The notes under the pieces were generated by a model. That model did not search any database. It saw only the letters and a program-made list of their open reading frames with translations, and had not been told where the DNA came from. From a virus (Duplodnaviria > Caudoviricetes), in IMG/VR virus record IMGVR_UViG_3300015607_004925, positions 120,916-184,915 of that record: 64,000 bases of DNA, one strand, 5' to 3'. Positions within the stretch are counted from its first letter, which is position 1. The number at the start of each line of letters is the position of its first letter. Both the position numbers and the translations under genes were made by a program. This document shows positions 46,637 to 55,649 of the stretch, piece by piece.

Positions 46637-46930
46637 ATGGGCTACGTCTGGGCGATGACTCGTAACGTCGTCGTCGAGGAGGGTTCGAGCGTCGGATCGC
46701 ACCTCCTCGTCCACTACGCGATGCGTGACGTGCAGCGCGGTGCCGACCGCGGCTACGTGTCGCTGCTGTGTCACGTGTCGCTCATCACGACCAAGAAAGG
46801 GAAGCACGGCGCGCGGCGGTGCGCGCGGTTTGTGCAGCGCGCGGTGACGTGTGTACGTTGTCTCGCGTGCGCGTCCGAGATGTTGTCGCCCTGGCATACG
46901 TCGCGCGCGTCGCGTGAGGTCGCGCCGTGA
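46637..46930 (+). CDS. HC3-like finger family member 43
   Basis: LLVH...LLC...AVTCVRC. Confidence 0.68.
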   Translation: MGYVWAMTRNVVVEEGSSVGSHLLVHYAMRDVQRGADRGYVSLLCHVSLITTKKGKHGARRCARFVQRAVTCVRCLACASEMLSPWHTSRASREVAP

Positions 46931-47109
46931 TTGCCTACGCCATCACCGCCGCGGTCGTCACCGCCTCGATCGCCACGTTCATGGTCTTCGCCGCCATCGC
47001 GATCGACGCGCCGGTGGAGTGGGGCTTCACCGCACGCAAGGCCGTTACCTGGGGCGCGCTCTGGCCGATCACGGTCGGCGCGCTCGTCTACCGATGGAGG
47101 AGAGGGTGA
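46927..47109 (+). CDS. Small membrane protein
   Basis: Two hydrophobic segments. Confidence 0.55.
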   Translation: MIAYAITAAVVTASIATFMVFAAIAIDAPVEWGFTARKAVTWGALWPITVGALVYRWRRG

Positions 47110-47291
47110 GCAAGGCCCAACGTGTTGCGTTCGACAAGAAGATCGCGGTCGACATGGTCGAGCGAGGCGCCGCGTACGTTCCTGCCTTGTCCGCACTTCG
47201 GGCAAAGGCAAGGTGGTACGAGGCACGTGGACGCGCGGTTCCGGATAACGTACGGAGCGCGATCGCGTACTTCGAGAACATGCTGCCGTAG
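47106..47291 (+). CDS. Hypothetical protein
   Basis: GGAGGAG RBS, GTGA overlap. Confidence 0.55.
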   Translation: MSKAQRVAFDKKIAVDMVERGAAYVPALSALRAKARWYEARGRAVPDNVRSAIAYFENMLP

Positions 47292-47332
47292 CCGACGAGA
47301 ACAGCGTGGGACGTCTACTGAAGGAGGAGAGG

Positions 47333-47632
47333 ATGAGCGCGGAGTTCCCGGGACCCAAAGAGGCCGTCTACGACAACCAGATCGCGCCCCTGATGGCGCA
47401 GATCATCGCGCTCTGCAAGGAGCACAAGATCAACATGATCGCCGACTTCTGCCTCGGACCGGAAGCGGACGAGGAGTCCGACGGGTTCGGCAACGACGTG
47501 TTCTGCACGACGTCGCTCCCCGTCGATGCGAGCGACGAGGCCGGGTTCAAGCGTGTGAACGATGTGTATCGCGTGCTCCGCCCGCGCTCCGCGCTCGCCG
47601 CGTTCACCATCATCACGGGCGGTACCAAGTGA
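47333..47632 (+). CDS. Hypothetical phage protein
   Basis: AAGGAGGAG RBS; KEAVYDNQIAPLMAQIIALCKEHKINM. Confidence 0.7.
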   Translation: MSAEFPGPKEAVYDNQIAPLMAQIIALCKEHKINMIADFCLGPEADEESDGFGNDVFCTTSLPVDASDEAGFKRVNDVYRVLRPRSALAAFTIITGGTK

Positions 47633-48060
47633 CCGACGACGAACACAAGGCAGCGCGCGCGCTGTGCGACGCGGCCACGCCAGGACCGTGGCACTGCTAC
47701 CACCACGAGGACTACGGGTGGCGGATCGACGCCGAGAAGGTCGGCATCGTCCACGGCGCCTGGAACGAGGCCGACGGCGACCTCATCGCCGCGGCCCGCA
47801 CCCTCATCCCCTGCCTGCTCGATGAGATCGAGCGGCTGCGGGGCTTGGTCGCGGCCGCGGCGCCGGGGCCGTGGCGTGACGCGGTGTACGGTGAGGCGCC
47901 GAAGGCGGACGCGCCTCTCGCGCCGCCCGTGCCGCGCGACGCCTCGATCCCCTTCGAGCACACCACGCTCGGGCGCACCACCACGCCGTACCGTTGCAAC
48001 GTGCCGATGTGCGGCGAGAGCGGGCTCTGCGACGAGTGCCGCAAGCGGGGCGCGCGATGA
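47629..48060 (+). CDS. Ea22/Ead-like phage protein
   Basis: AATPGPW...DGDLIAAARTLIPCLLDEIERLR. Confidence 0.6.
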   Translation: MTDDEHKAARALCDAATPGPWHCYHHEDYGWRIDAEKVGIVHGAWNEADGDLIAAARTLIPCLLDEIERLRGLVAAAAPGPWRDAVYGEAPKADAPLAPPVPRDASIPFEHTTLGRTTTPYRCNVPMCGESGLCDECRKRGAR

Positions 48061-48284
48061 GGGCGGCGTGGAGGCTGCTCAAGGCGCTCACGCTGGGCGC
48101 GTTGACCGGCACGGCCACGTGTGGCTTCTACAAGTACCTCGAGTGGCGCCTCGACTACATGGACCCGTACACGCGCGGCGTGTGGATCGGCTGCGGCTGC
48201 ACCGTCGTGGCCGTGCTCGGCATGGACGTCGCGCGCCATATCCTCCGCCGCGGCGACAAGGACCCGCATGAACCCGTTCCGTAG
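48057..48284 (+). CDS. Small membrane protein
   Basis: Two hydrophobic segments; ATGA overlap. Confidence 0.5.
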   Translation: MRAAWRLLKALTLGALTGTATCGFYKYLEWRLDYMDPYTRGVWIGCGCTVVAVLGMDVARHILRRGDKDPHEPVP

Positions 48285-48447
48285 CAAGCTCGGCGCGCTC
48301 AACTTCCTCGTCCTGCAGTGGCTGTTCATCCGGCTGCAGGAGACCGTCGACGACGACGGCAAGCACGAGCGCTGGGACATCATCGGTCTCATCGTCCCGT
48401 TGACGGGATGGTGGACGCGCTACCTCTACGTCTGGCGGTTCTCGTGA
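48268..48447 (+). CDS. Small hydrophobic protein
   Basis: LNFLVLQWLFIRL...IVPLTGWW. Confidence 0.5.
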   Translation: MNPFRSKLGALNFLVLQWLFIRLQETVDDDGKHERWDIIGLIVPLTGWWTRYLYVWRFS

Positions 48448-49100
48448 CGATGCTCTTCGTCGGCGAGTGCCGCTCGTTGACCGCGATCAAGAAGGGCTGG
48501 CGCTGGGAAGATGGACGTCTCGCGGCCAAGCCGCTCTTCGAGGCGCTCGAGGCGATGGGCGTCGACCCTGCGAAGCAGCAGTTCTGCAATCTGTGGACGG
48601 ACCCGCCGTTCGCGCCTTGCATCACGGCGAACCGCATCGCGATGCTGCGTCATGCGCGCGAGAATGGCACGAAGATCATCGCGCTCGGGCAGCGCGTGTC
48701 GGTGGAGCTGCAAAAGCTCGACATCGACCACGTTGCCATCGTGCATCCCGCCGCGCGCGGCCGCATCCGCAAGCGTGCGCGCTACGTGGCGCACGTGCAC
48801 GACAAGCTAGGACGACGCATCCACGTGCGATGTGGCTTCGAGGACGAGCAGGACTCGTACGTCTTCCTTCTCGAAGCCAAGCGCGGCAAGCGACGCGTGT
48901 ATCCGCCAGGCTACAAGGGCCGGGGCGAGGCCGCGGCGTGTCCGTCGGACATCCTCGAGCCCTGGATGCGCAAGCTCGGCGTCACGCACGTCGTGTCCGT
49001 GTTCGGCGAAAGCATCACGTCACGTGAATGCATCAAGGACGGGATTCACACATTGGCCGCCTACATCAAGTGGTGGAAGCGCGCCGAGGAACAGGACTGA
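48444..49100 (+). CDS. Uracil-DNA glycosylase-like fold protein with C-terminal domain
   Basis: LFVGE..., IIALG, IVHPAARG (UDG motif-B-like). Confidence 0.5.
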   Translation: MTMLFVGECRSLTAIKKGWRWEDGRLAAKPLFEALEAMGVDPAKQQFCNLWTDPPFAPCITANRIAMLRHARENGTKIIALGQRVSVELQKLDIDHVAIVHPAARGRIRKRARYVAHVHDKLGRRIHVRCGFEDEQDSYVFLLEAKRGKRRVYPPGYKGRGEAAACPSDILEPWMRKLGVTHVVSVFGESITSRECIKDGIHTLAAYIKWWKRAEEQD

Positions 49101-49102
49101 TC

Positions 49103-50848
49103 ATGGGTAGCTTCTCGATGAACTGCAGCATCTCCGGCCTCGGCATCGGCTACGGCACGCCGGTGCGCTGCCTCCTGCTCACGCAGTCGCCGTACGACGG
49201 CGACGACCCGCGCAAGGCGTGGATCATCCGCACGCCGCCGATCCGCGCCCAGTACAACGACTACGGCTCGATCGCGCACGTCCACCCCGACGACCGACGT
49301 ATCGCCGAGTTGTGGTTGCGCGGGCTGCGTGAAGACGCGGTCGAGAAGGGTCTGGGCGACAACAGCTACCACGACGTGCCCGTGTCGCGCGACATGTCGT
49401 TCGAGCAGATGTTGGACGCCATCCAGGAGCGGCGTCTCGAGGTCATCCAGGACGTCCGCAACTTCTGGGCACAGCCCAAGCGTGGCGTGGGTGACGCAGG
49501 TGATGGGACGTGGGTGCCGCCGCTCATGAAGCGCGTGAGCGAGGTCCTCGAGAAGATGCAGCCCGGTTGCGTGTCGCCCACTGCCGCCGACGACAAGTAC
49601 GTGGTCGACGAGCCCGTGCCGGGCATGGCGCGTGTCCGCTTCGGTCGCTTCGGCGAGTGCGATCGCCCGGGGCGCCTCGGGCTCGCGCGGACTGCCCTCG
49701 GACTCGAGAACCTCGCATGCGCCATCACGGCAGGCACCGGACGCTATGCCGTCGATACCGACCTGCTCGTGTTTCCGCGGCCCCGTGAGGCGGGCAGTGA
49801 GCATGTCAGCGGTCCGCAGTGGGACATGCGCAAGGGCGCCTCGGCCGACGACGACAAGATCCTGCGGGTGGGCCTCGCGATGATCCGCGAGGACGTGTGG
49901 CAAGCGCTCATCGCGTTCCCGCACAGCGACTACGTCTCGAACCAGTACCCGAAGGTCCTCGAGTTCCCGCACGTGGTCCAGAAGCACCAGCACGGGGCGT
50001 ACGCCTGGTATGACCTGTTCGCGTTCAAGCTCTGCGTTCGCAAGGCCTGGTCCGGGCTACGCCGGGCGCTCCTGCGTAAGGACGCGCCGGAGGGCGAAAA
50101 GGACTTCACGCCCGCGCAGCAGAAGCGTCTGAACGACTTCATCGCGAAGAGCCGCGAAGAGCAGGCCAAGCGGCGCGCGGCGATGACTGACGAGGAGCGC
50201 GCTGCCGAGGACGAGAAGCACAAGGCGCACATCGCCTACCGGGAAGCCGAGGAAACGCGCAAGCAGGAGCAGCCGTTCTTCGGCGACTTCCGCATCACGT
50301 CGATGTACCACGACGCCGTACGGGACCTACCCGGCGCGTGGACGCTTGTCGACAGCACGCCCGGCGTCATTGGCCTCGGCGACCACTTCTCGATGCTGCT
50401 CGCTGACAAGGTCGACGCGTGGGACGGCCTGCTCGATGGTGTCGCCGAGCTGGCGGCCGTGCGCCATGTCATGGCGGGTGTCGGCGTGGTCATGCGGCCC
50501 GCCGAGTCGACGGGCCCTCAGTGCACTGAGTGGGGCGAGACCATCCGATACCAGCAGGCACTGCTTGACATCGCTGTGGCTGCGGGTGTCGAGCATGAGG
50601 CCGAAGCGGCGCCGGCGTCGCTCGCGGAGATCAGCCAGCGTCCGTGCTGCCCTCATGGCTACGCGTCGACGACAGGCGACGAGTGCGGCGAGTGCGAAGC
50701 GCAGGGGCTGCCTCCGGCAGACGCGCCGCCCGCCAAGAAGCGGACGCCGGCCAAGAAGCCCACCAAGAAGCGGACGTCGACCACGAAGCGGGCGTCGACC
50801 AAGAAGCCCGCCAAGAAGCCCGCCAAGAAGCGCGCGACCACCAAGTAG
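49103..50848 (+). CDS. Large hypothetical phage protein with histone-H1-like PAKK tail
   Basis: MGSFSMNCSISGL...QYNDYG; C-terminal CPHG...CGEC then PAKKRTPAKKPTKK...PAKKPAKK. Confidence 0.7.
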   Translation: MGSFSMNCSISGLGIGYGTPVRCLLLTQSPYDGDDPRKAWIIRTPPIRAQYNDYGSIAHVHPDDRRIAELWLRGLREDAVEKGLGDNSYHDVPVSRDMSFEQMLDAIQERRLEVIQDVRNFWAQPKRGVGDAGDGTWVPPLMKRVSEVLEKMQPGCVSPTAADDKYVVDEPVPGMARVRFGRFGECDRPGRLGLARTALGLENLACAITAGTGRYAVDTDLLVFPRPREAGSEHVSGPQWDMRKGASADDDKILRVGLAMIREDVWQALIAFPHSDYVSNQYPKVLEFPHVVQKHQHGAYAWYDLFAFKLCVRKAWSGLRRALLRKDAPEGEKDFTPAQQKRLNDFIAKSREEQAKRRAAMTDEERAAEDEKHKAHIAYREAEETRKQEQPFFGDFRITSMYHDAVRDLPGAWTLVDSTPGVIGLGDHFSMLLADKVDAWDGLLDGVAELAAVRHVMAGVGVVMRPAESTGPQCTEWGETIRYQQALLDIAVAAGVEHEAEAAPASLAEISQRPCCPHGYASTTGDECGECEAQGLPPADAPPAKKRTPAKKPTKKRTSTTKRASTKKPAKKPAKKRATTK

Positions 50849-50879
50849 CCGACGACGGTCACGTCGTCAGGAGGATCGT

Positions 50880-51062
50880 ATGATCGCAGTGTTCTGGTTC
50901 GGCGTGGCAGTGGTCACCGGCGCCGGCGTCCGCTGGTGTCTCGACCGTGCGTGCGACGGGCGCGCAGAGGCCCAGGCACGTCTTGGGCGTCTGGGCGAAT
51001 CCTCGTCCATGCACCTGCTGCCACCGCCACATCCTGTGACCGTTGCTGATGAGGACGCATGA
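50880..51062 (+). CDS. Small membrane protein
   Basis: AGGAGG RBS; N-terminal TM. Confidence 0.5.
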   Translation: MIAVFWFGVAVVTGAGVRWCLDRACDGRAEAQARLGRLGESSSMHLLPPPHPVTVADEDA

Positions 51063-51379
51063 CGGCGCCCAAGAACGACTTCGACACCATGATCGCGCGC
51101 TACGGGATGCCCCACCTGTGGGGACCGTTCGAGCGCTGGATCAACATGTGGCGGCTCATCACCGAGTGGATCAACATCCGCATCGTCGCGGACTTCGCCA
51201 CGTGCTGCCCCGACGAGGGCCTGCGTGCCTTCGCACAGGCGAAGCTTGGTGCGCCGTCCGACTCCACCCGCATCGACGAGGTCGTCCCGGGCAAGGGCGC
51301 CTTCGTCTACGACTGGGACGTCCTGTGCCGTGAGTACCGGTCCCGGAACCTGACGCCACCCGAGGTGGCGACCCCATGA
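51059..51379 (+). CDS. Hypothetical protein
   Basis: ATGA overlaps. Confidence 0.6.
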   Translation: MTAPKNDFDTMIARYGMPHLWGPFERWINMWRLITEWINIRIVADFATCCPDEGLRAFAQAKLGAPSDSTRIDEVVPGKGAFVYDWDVLCREYRSRNLTPPEVATP

Positions 51380-51828
51380 TGTCGCCGCCGCCGATCGAGC
51401 AGATCCTGGTCCTGTCGACCGCGCACATCGAGCAGCGCGTCGCTCGGATGCTGCCCGACAGGCCTATCCCTACATCCAGAGCGCCGCAGTGGTGGCCTTC
51501 GTGGACGCGCGCGGAGGGCTGGATGTTCTACGTCCCGCCGCGCGGCAACGCCGACGACCGCTACGCCCACGCACCGATGTGTCTCAAGGCCTGCGTGAAC
51601 CTGGCCCGCAAGGCGGGTTGCTGCTGGCTCATGCTCGACGCCGACGGCAGCGTCGTTGACGACTTGCCTACGTGGGAGTGGGACACCGCTCTGCCGGGGG
51701 CCACGCTGATCACGGCACCTCGCTGCGTCGTCTGTGGGCGTCCCAGCAAGGAAAAGGACCGCTGCGGCTATCACACCGGCCACTTCCAGCCCGCGGACCT
51801 CGGTGACCGTAAGCGCCGGAGGATGTGA
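51376..51828 (+). CDS. Hypothetical phage protein (LSTAH motif)
   Basis: LVLSTAHI...WLMLDADG...LPTWEW plus CVVC...CGYH. Confidence 0.6.
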   Translation: MMSPPPIEQILVLSTAHIEQRVARMLPDRPIPTSRAPQWWPSWTRAEGWMFYVPPRGNADDRYAHAPMCLKACVNLARKAGCCWLMLDADGSVVDDLPTWEWDTALPGATLITAPRCVVCGRPSKEKDRCGYHTGHFQPADLGDRKRRRM

Positions 51829-51829
51829 C

Positions 51830-52291
51830 ATGTACGTCGAGCACTGCGTGCAGGCCTCCGAACTGCTGGACGAGGTGATCGCGCGCCTCCACTTCCACCG
51901 CTTCCCGCTGCCTATCCGGGTTCGCCAGGTCCGCCGGCCGTCTGACCGCACCCAGGACACGTCTTGGCAGGCGCAAGTCCTCGTGACCCTCGACGTCCGC
52001 GATCGTGAGGATGGCCTCTTGCGCATCATCAAGGTCTACATGACGGCGCACATGCCCTGGGACCGCCTCACCGTGGATGAGTTGCGGTTGGCGTACCTGC
52101 GCCGCGTCTACACGGCGGTGCGGCAGTGCGTGCTGCACGAGCTGGCGGAGTGCGCCGTGTTCGAGGATCGCCTGTTCGATGACCCGCACACGGGACCGAC
52201 CCCGGGCCTCTTGCGTCCCGAGCGCGACGTGCGCTTTCCGCCGGAACATGACGCCGCCAACCCGTTGCCGTACTCCGAGTTCGGTTTCTGA
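51830..52291 (+). CDS. Hypothetical phage protein
   Basis: GGAGG RBS; LHELAE...FDDPH. Confidence 0.6.
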   Translation: MYVEHCVQASELLDEVIARLHFHRFPLPIRVRQVRRPSDRTQDTSWQAQVLVTLDVRDREDGLLRIIKVYMTAHMPWDRLTVDELRLAYLRRVYTAVRQCVLHELAECAVFEDRLFDDPHTGPTPGLLRPERDVRFPPEHDAANPLPYSEFGF

Positions 52292-52305
52292 GTTGTGCCC
52301 GTGAT

Positions 52306-52320
52306 GTTGGCGCGATAAAC
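52306..52320. promoter_or_regulatory. Degenerate palindromic element
   Basis: GTTGGC GCG ATAAAC upstream of TAAGGAGG RBS. Confidence 0.45.
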
Positions 52321-52339
52321 CTAGTAAGGAGGACCGCAC

Positions 52340-52570
52340 GTGACCGCGCTGCAACGGCAGAACGAAAAAACCAGCATCGAGGCGTTCGTCGACCAGATGA
52401 CACGCGCCGCGCGCGACCGGATGACCGACGCGGGCTCGACGGGTGTCATCATGGCGGCCGCGCGCGCGGCCGCCGACATGGCACCACGCAAGGCGGATGG
52501 CACCATCGACGAGGAGGTCGCCCGCGTCATGATGCGCCGTGCCGCGCGCGGGCTGGCGCGGCTGCGATGA
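52340..52570 (+). CDS. Hypothetical protein
   Basis: TAAGGAGG RBS. Confidence 0.65.
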   Translation: MTALQRQNEKTSIEAFVDQMTRAARDRMTDAGSTGVIMAAARAAADMAPRKADGTIDEEVARVMMRRAARGLARLR

Positions 52571-52782
52571 GCCACAGGTACACCGTCGAGGCGTCGGGCC
52601 TACGCCACGGCGTGCGATCAGAGATCCAAGCTCGCGCGGTGCAGCTCGGCTCGGGCATTCGATGCCACACCGAGTGCGGTGGCTACGTCGATCAGGTCGT
52701 TCCCGACGACACGTTCCTCGTCATCACCTGTGTGCGGTGTCTCGGCGTCGCGCAGATCCTCCTCCTGCGCGGCGGCATCTGA
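52567..52782 (+). CDS. HC3-like finger family member 44
   Basis: SGLRH...TECG...VITCVRC. Confidence 0.72.
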   Translation: MSHRYTVEASGLRHGVRSEIQARAVQLGSGIRCHTECGGYVDQVVPDDTFLVITCVRCLGVAQILLLRGGI

Positions 52783-53111
52783 TGGGCTACTCGATACGCC
52801 CGCGGTACACCTACAGCGTCAATGGCGTGCGGCACGGCATCGACCGTCAGATCTTCACGCGACGCATGCCCATCCACGCGGATGATCCGGACAGCACGCG
52901 CTGTTATCCGGCGTGCGGTGGTTTCATCGACGGGAAGCCTGACGCCGGCTTTCTTCCGATCACCTGCGTGCAGTGTCTTGGCGCCGTCTTGCGCCGTCGG
53001 CCTTGTTCCTGGTGCAAGCCACCAGGTTCCGGTGTTGACACGTGCGAGGCCAGTGGTCGTTGTGTGCACTGCGCTGGAACGGGTGTCGCTGACGACGAGG
53101 GTGACACCTGA
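52782..53111 (+). CDS. Member 45: HC3-like finger + DnaJ-like CxxCxGxG finger
   Basis: NGVRH...PACG...PITCVQC; CSWC...GSG...CVHCAGTG. Confidence 0.68.
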   Translation: MGYSIRPRYTYSVNGVRHGIDRQIFTRRMPIHADDPDSTRCYPACGGFIDGKPDAGFLPITCVQCLGAVLRRRPCSWCKPPGSGVDTCEASGRCVHCAGTGVADDEGDT

Positions 53112-53160
53112 CGGGTTACGTCGGGCCGCGTTTCGCGCCGTGATTCGCTACCATTTTGGT

Positions 53161-53481
53161 ATGTCCAAACCCTCGCCCGATGACCCCGTCGACTTCGACA
53201 GCGTCGCGATCTCTCGTACCACGACCGAACCGCTGCGCATGTCCTACGGCGACCGCGTCGCGGTGGAGAACCGCGTCCACGCCTTCGAGATGAAGGTCAA
53301 CCAACACATCGACGATCACAACAAGGCGGCGGACGTCTTCTACAAGACGCGGATGATGCCCCTCGAAGAGACGGTGAACCGCAAGGTCCGGCTCATGTGG
53401 TTCATCGCAGGGCTCGCGGTGGCCGCGATCCTCGTAGCCGTCGCCACCTTCGTGACCGTCATCTACGTGTACAGCCAGTAG
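53161..53481 (+). CDS. Membrane-anchored hypothetical protein
   Basis: C-terminal TM helix. Confidence 0.6.
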   Translation: MSKPSPDDPVDFDSVAISRTTTEPLRMSYGDRVAVENRVHAFEMKVNQHIDDHNKAADVFYKTRMMPLEETVNRKVRLMWFIAGLAVAAILVAVATFVTVIYVYSQ

Positions 53482-53488
53482 GGGGAAC

Positions 53489-53875
53489 ATGGGCCATCCG
53501 ATGGAGGACTACTACCTCGCCGAGGGCATGGCCCGCGAGCGCAAGCACACGCGCTACGAGCGCGTGCTCGAGGCGCTCAAGGACGTGCCGCTCGCCGAGT
53601 TCACCGTGGGCCAGCTCTGGGACATCCACCGCCTCGTCGCGCGCGAGTGGGGCGCGACCGAGGTCCTCGAGCGGCTGGAGCTGCTCGTCCAGGAACGCGC
53701 GCGGACGTTTCGACACGGCATGTTCGTCCGCTACAAGAACCCGAAGAAAGGCCAGCGCGGGCGCGGCATCATCACGTCGTACCCGCGCCGCGGCTCACGC
53801 ATCGTCTACGTGCAGGGCCCGCGTGGCTGGGCGGGGTGGGTCCGCGTCGAGGAGCTGGAGGTCGTGCCGCCGTGA
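53489..53875 (+). CDS. Hypothetical protein (possible SH3-like C-terminus)
   Basis: RBS AGGGGG, codon bias. Confidence 0.6.
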   Translation: MGHPMEDYYLAEGMARERKHTRYERVLEALKDVPLAEFTVGQLWDIHRLVAREWGATEVLERLELLVQERARTFRHGMFVRYKNPKKGQRGRGIITSYPRRGSRIVYVQGPRGWAGWVRVEELEVVPP

Positions 53876-54150
53876 GCCGCGTGAAGGTTTGCCACATCGC
53901 CTTCGACGGGCTCGTGCATCGCGGGCTACACGCCAGCAACGGCACCATGAGCGTCGCGTGCGGTAGCGTACCGCGGTACACCGCCTGCGACGTCGACGAG
54001 TTCCTCACGTGCGTGCCATGTATCGTGCGTGACCTGCGCGCCCTGCGCTATCGGCACGTGTTGCGGACACAGGCCCAGCTGCGTGACGCGCACCTGATTG
54101 GAGGCCTCGATGCGTCGGTGGCGGCGGTACATGACGACGCTCACGAGTGA
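53872..54150 (+). CDS. HC3-like finger family member 46
   Basis: FDGLVH...VACG...FLTCVPC. Confidence 0.72.
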   Translation: MSRVKVCHIAFDGLVHRGLHASNGTMSVACGSVPRYTACDVDEFLTCVPCIVRDLRALRYRHVLRTQAQLRDAHLIGGLDASVAAVHDDAHE

Positions 54151-54415
54151 CAAGCGCGTCGGGAATCTCTGCGACGCGCTCATCACCACACCCGACGGCC
54201 TTCGTCATTACGCCATCCTCGTCGAGGTGCTGCCCGCTCTCGCGCGCTTCGATGCGTGGCGCGACCAGACCCCGTTCTACGTGGCGCTGTGCGCGCTGTG
54301 CGACGCATATGATGCGGCGCGGAGTTACAACGACTTCACGTACCCCAAGGAGAAGCACACGGCCGCGGCGCTCACGCACGGCTTTCCGACGTGCGCACGG
54401 TGCAGCGGTGCGTAG
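54131..54415 (+). CDS. HC3-like finger family member 47
   Basis: PDGLRH...ALC...FPTCARC. Confidence 0.68.
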   Translation: MTTLTSDKRVGNLCDALITTPDGLRHYAILVEVLPALARFDAWRDQTPFYVALCALCDAYDAARSYNDFTYPKEKHTAAALTHGFPTCARCSGA

Positions 54416-54593
54416 TCGCGCGAGCCTTGATGGGATGGTCGGGGAAGACGGCCAAGGTGTGCGCCATCGTCTCAGGCCAAGCCACATGCGGGGCCGCCTA
54501 CACGCGATGCCCGTTTGTGGCTACGTGAACTGGTTTGCCTTGGATCTACGTGAGGGCTTGCCGACCTGTGTGAGGTGTGTGTGCCTGCCTTGA
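54408..54593 (+). CDS. HC3-like finger family member 48
   Basis: DGQGVRH...PVCG...LPTCVRC. Confidence 0.7.
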   Translation: MRSRASLDGMVGEDGQGVRHRLRPSHMRGRLHAMPVCGYVNWFALDLREGLPTCVRCVCLP

Positions 54594-54850
54594 TCGGCAC
54601 GGTGACGACGGCGCAGGGCGTCGTGCACGCGGTCGCCGAGACGCACATAACCTACAGCTATGACGGCGCGTCTTGGCGTGTTTACACGGCATGTCAGCGC
54701 ACCTATAGCGAGACGTTTCTCGACGTCCCCGATCGTATGGTTACGTGCGTGTATTGTGTGATCGGCAAGCCGGGGCCGCGCGACGCGTCGTTGACCAACC
54801 CCTGCGGCGAGATCGAGATCGACCTGGAGGCTGTCATTGGATGCCTATAA
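54590..54850 (+). CDS. HC3-like finger family member 49
   Basis: QGVVH...TAC...MVTCVYC. Confidence 0.7.
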   Translation: MIGTVTTAQGVVHAVAETHITYSYDGASWRVYTACQRTYSETFLDVPDRMVTCVYCVIGKPGPRDASLTNPCGEIEIDLEAVIGCL

Positions 54851-54854
54851 GCAC

Positions 54855-55091
54855 ATGTCCCGGGTCGCGCACTTGGAGCGCTACGCCAACGACCGTCGCT
54901 TCGCGCAGATCACGAAGGCGTTCACCGCGCGCGGTGTCTGCACGTCCATCTACGCGGCTGACACGTTTGGCGTGATGCATCGCATCGACGCATCGACGGC
55001 GCACGCGGTGTGCGGCGCACCTCTCCTGCGTCAAGCCAAGCTCGTGTTTCAGGCGTACGCGACGTGCGTGCGCTGTGCGTGCGCGGCGTGA
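54855..55091 (+). CDS. HC3-like finger family member 50
   Basis: DTFGVMH...AVCG...YATCVRC. Confidence 0.7.
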   Translation: MSRVAHLERYANDRRFAQITKAFTARGVCTSIYAADTFGVMHRIDASTAHAVCGAPLLRQAKLVFQAYATCVRCACAA

Positions 55092-55303
55092 GCAAGTACG
55101 GATGCCTTCGCATCTACGACGCGAAGCCGCCGGGCGACAGCGTCGTGCATGTTGCCACGATCGTCTCGAACTTCGAGTTCGCGCACACGCCCTGCGGGGT
55201 GTCACGTAGCGCCGGCGGCATTCACGAAGCACCTCGCGGGTCACTGGTGACGTGCATCCGTTGTCTGGCGGTGATGCTCGCGAAGAAAGACGGGTGGCTC
55301 TGA
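55088..55303 (+). CDS. HC3-like finger family member 51
   Basis: DSVVH...TPCG...LVTCIRC. Confidence 0.72.
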   Translation: MSKYGCLRIYDAKPPGDSVVHVATIVSNFEFAHTPCGVSRSAGGIHEAPRGSLVTCIRCLAVMLAKKDGWL

Positions 55304-55536
55304 TGCCTGGTCTCGACAACAACTACACCGAGCGCTACTGGGAAGGCGAGCCGACGACCGGCGAGGGCATCACGCACATCGTCGGCGTCGACCGCATCGA
55401 CAACGAGAAGATCGCCGCCTGCGGCCGCCTGGTCGCGCAAGAAGGCGACTTCTGGGTACCCCGGACCACGACCGCCACGTGCCTGCGCTGCTGGTACCGT
55501 GCGTTGTTGTATCCGACGTTGATCGTCATCAGCTGA
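55303..55536 (+). CDS. HC3-like finger family member 52
   Basis: EGITH...AACG...TATCLRC. Confidence 0.72.
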   Translation: MPGLDNNYTERYWEGEPTTGEGITHIVGVDRIDNEKIAACGRLVAQEGDFWVPRTTTATCLRCWYRALLYPTLIVIS

Positions 55537-55559
55537 TATCACCCCGTAGGGGTGATGTC
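55535..55559. terminator. Hairpin after member 52
   Basis: GATATCACCCC-GTA-GGGGTGATGTC; no U-tract. Confidence 0.5.
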
Positions 55560-55649
55560 GTCGTGTACGCCATGGTTCGTCGGTCCGTCCATCGTGGGAC
55601 GTGCGCCGCGCCGTCGTAACCTTCACGCACGCTGTGGTAAAAGCCTAGA

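Noticed and set aside
54794-54814. TNPCGEI, a ribonucleotide reductase active-site motif, in the tail of member 49
   Set aside because: Only 7 aa with no surrounding RNR sequence; coincidence or a tiny relic.
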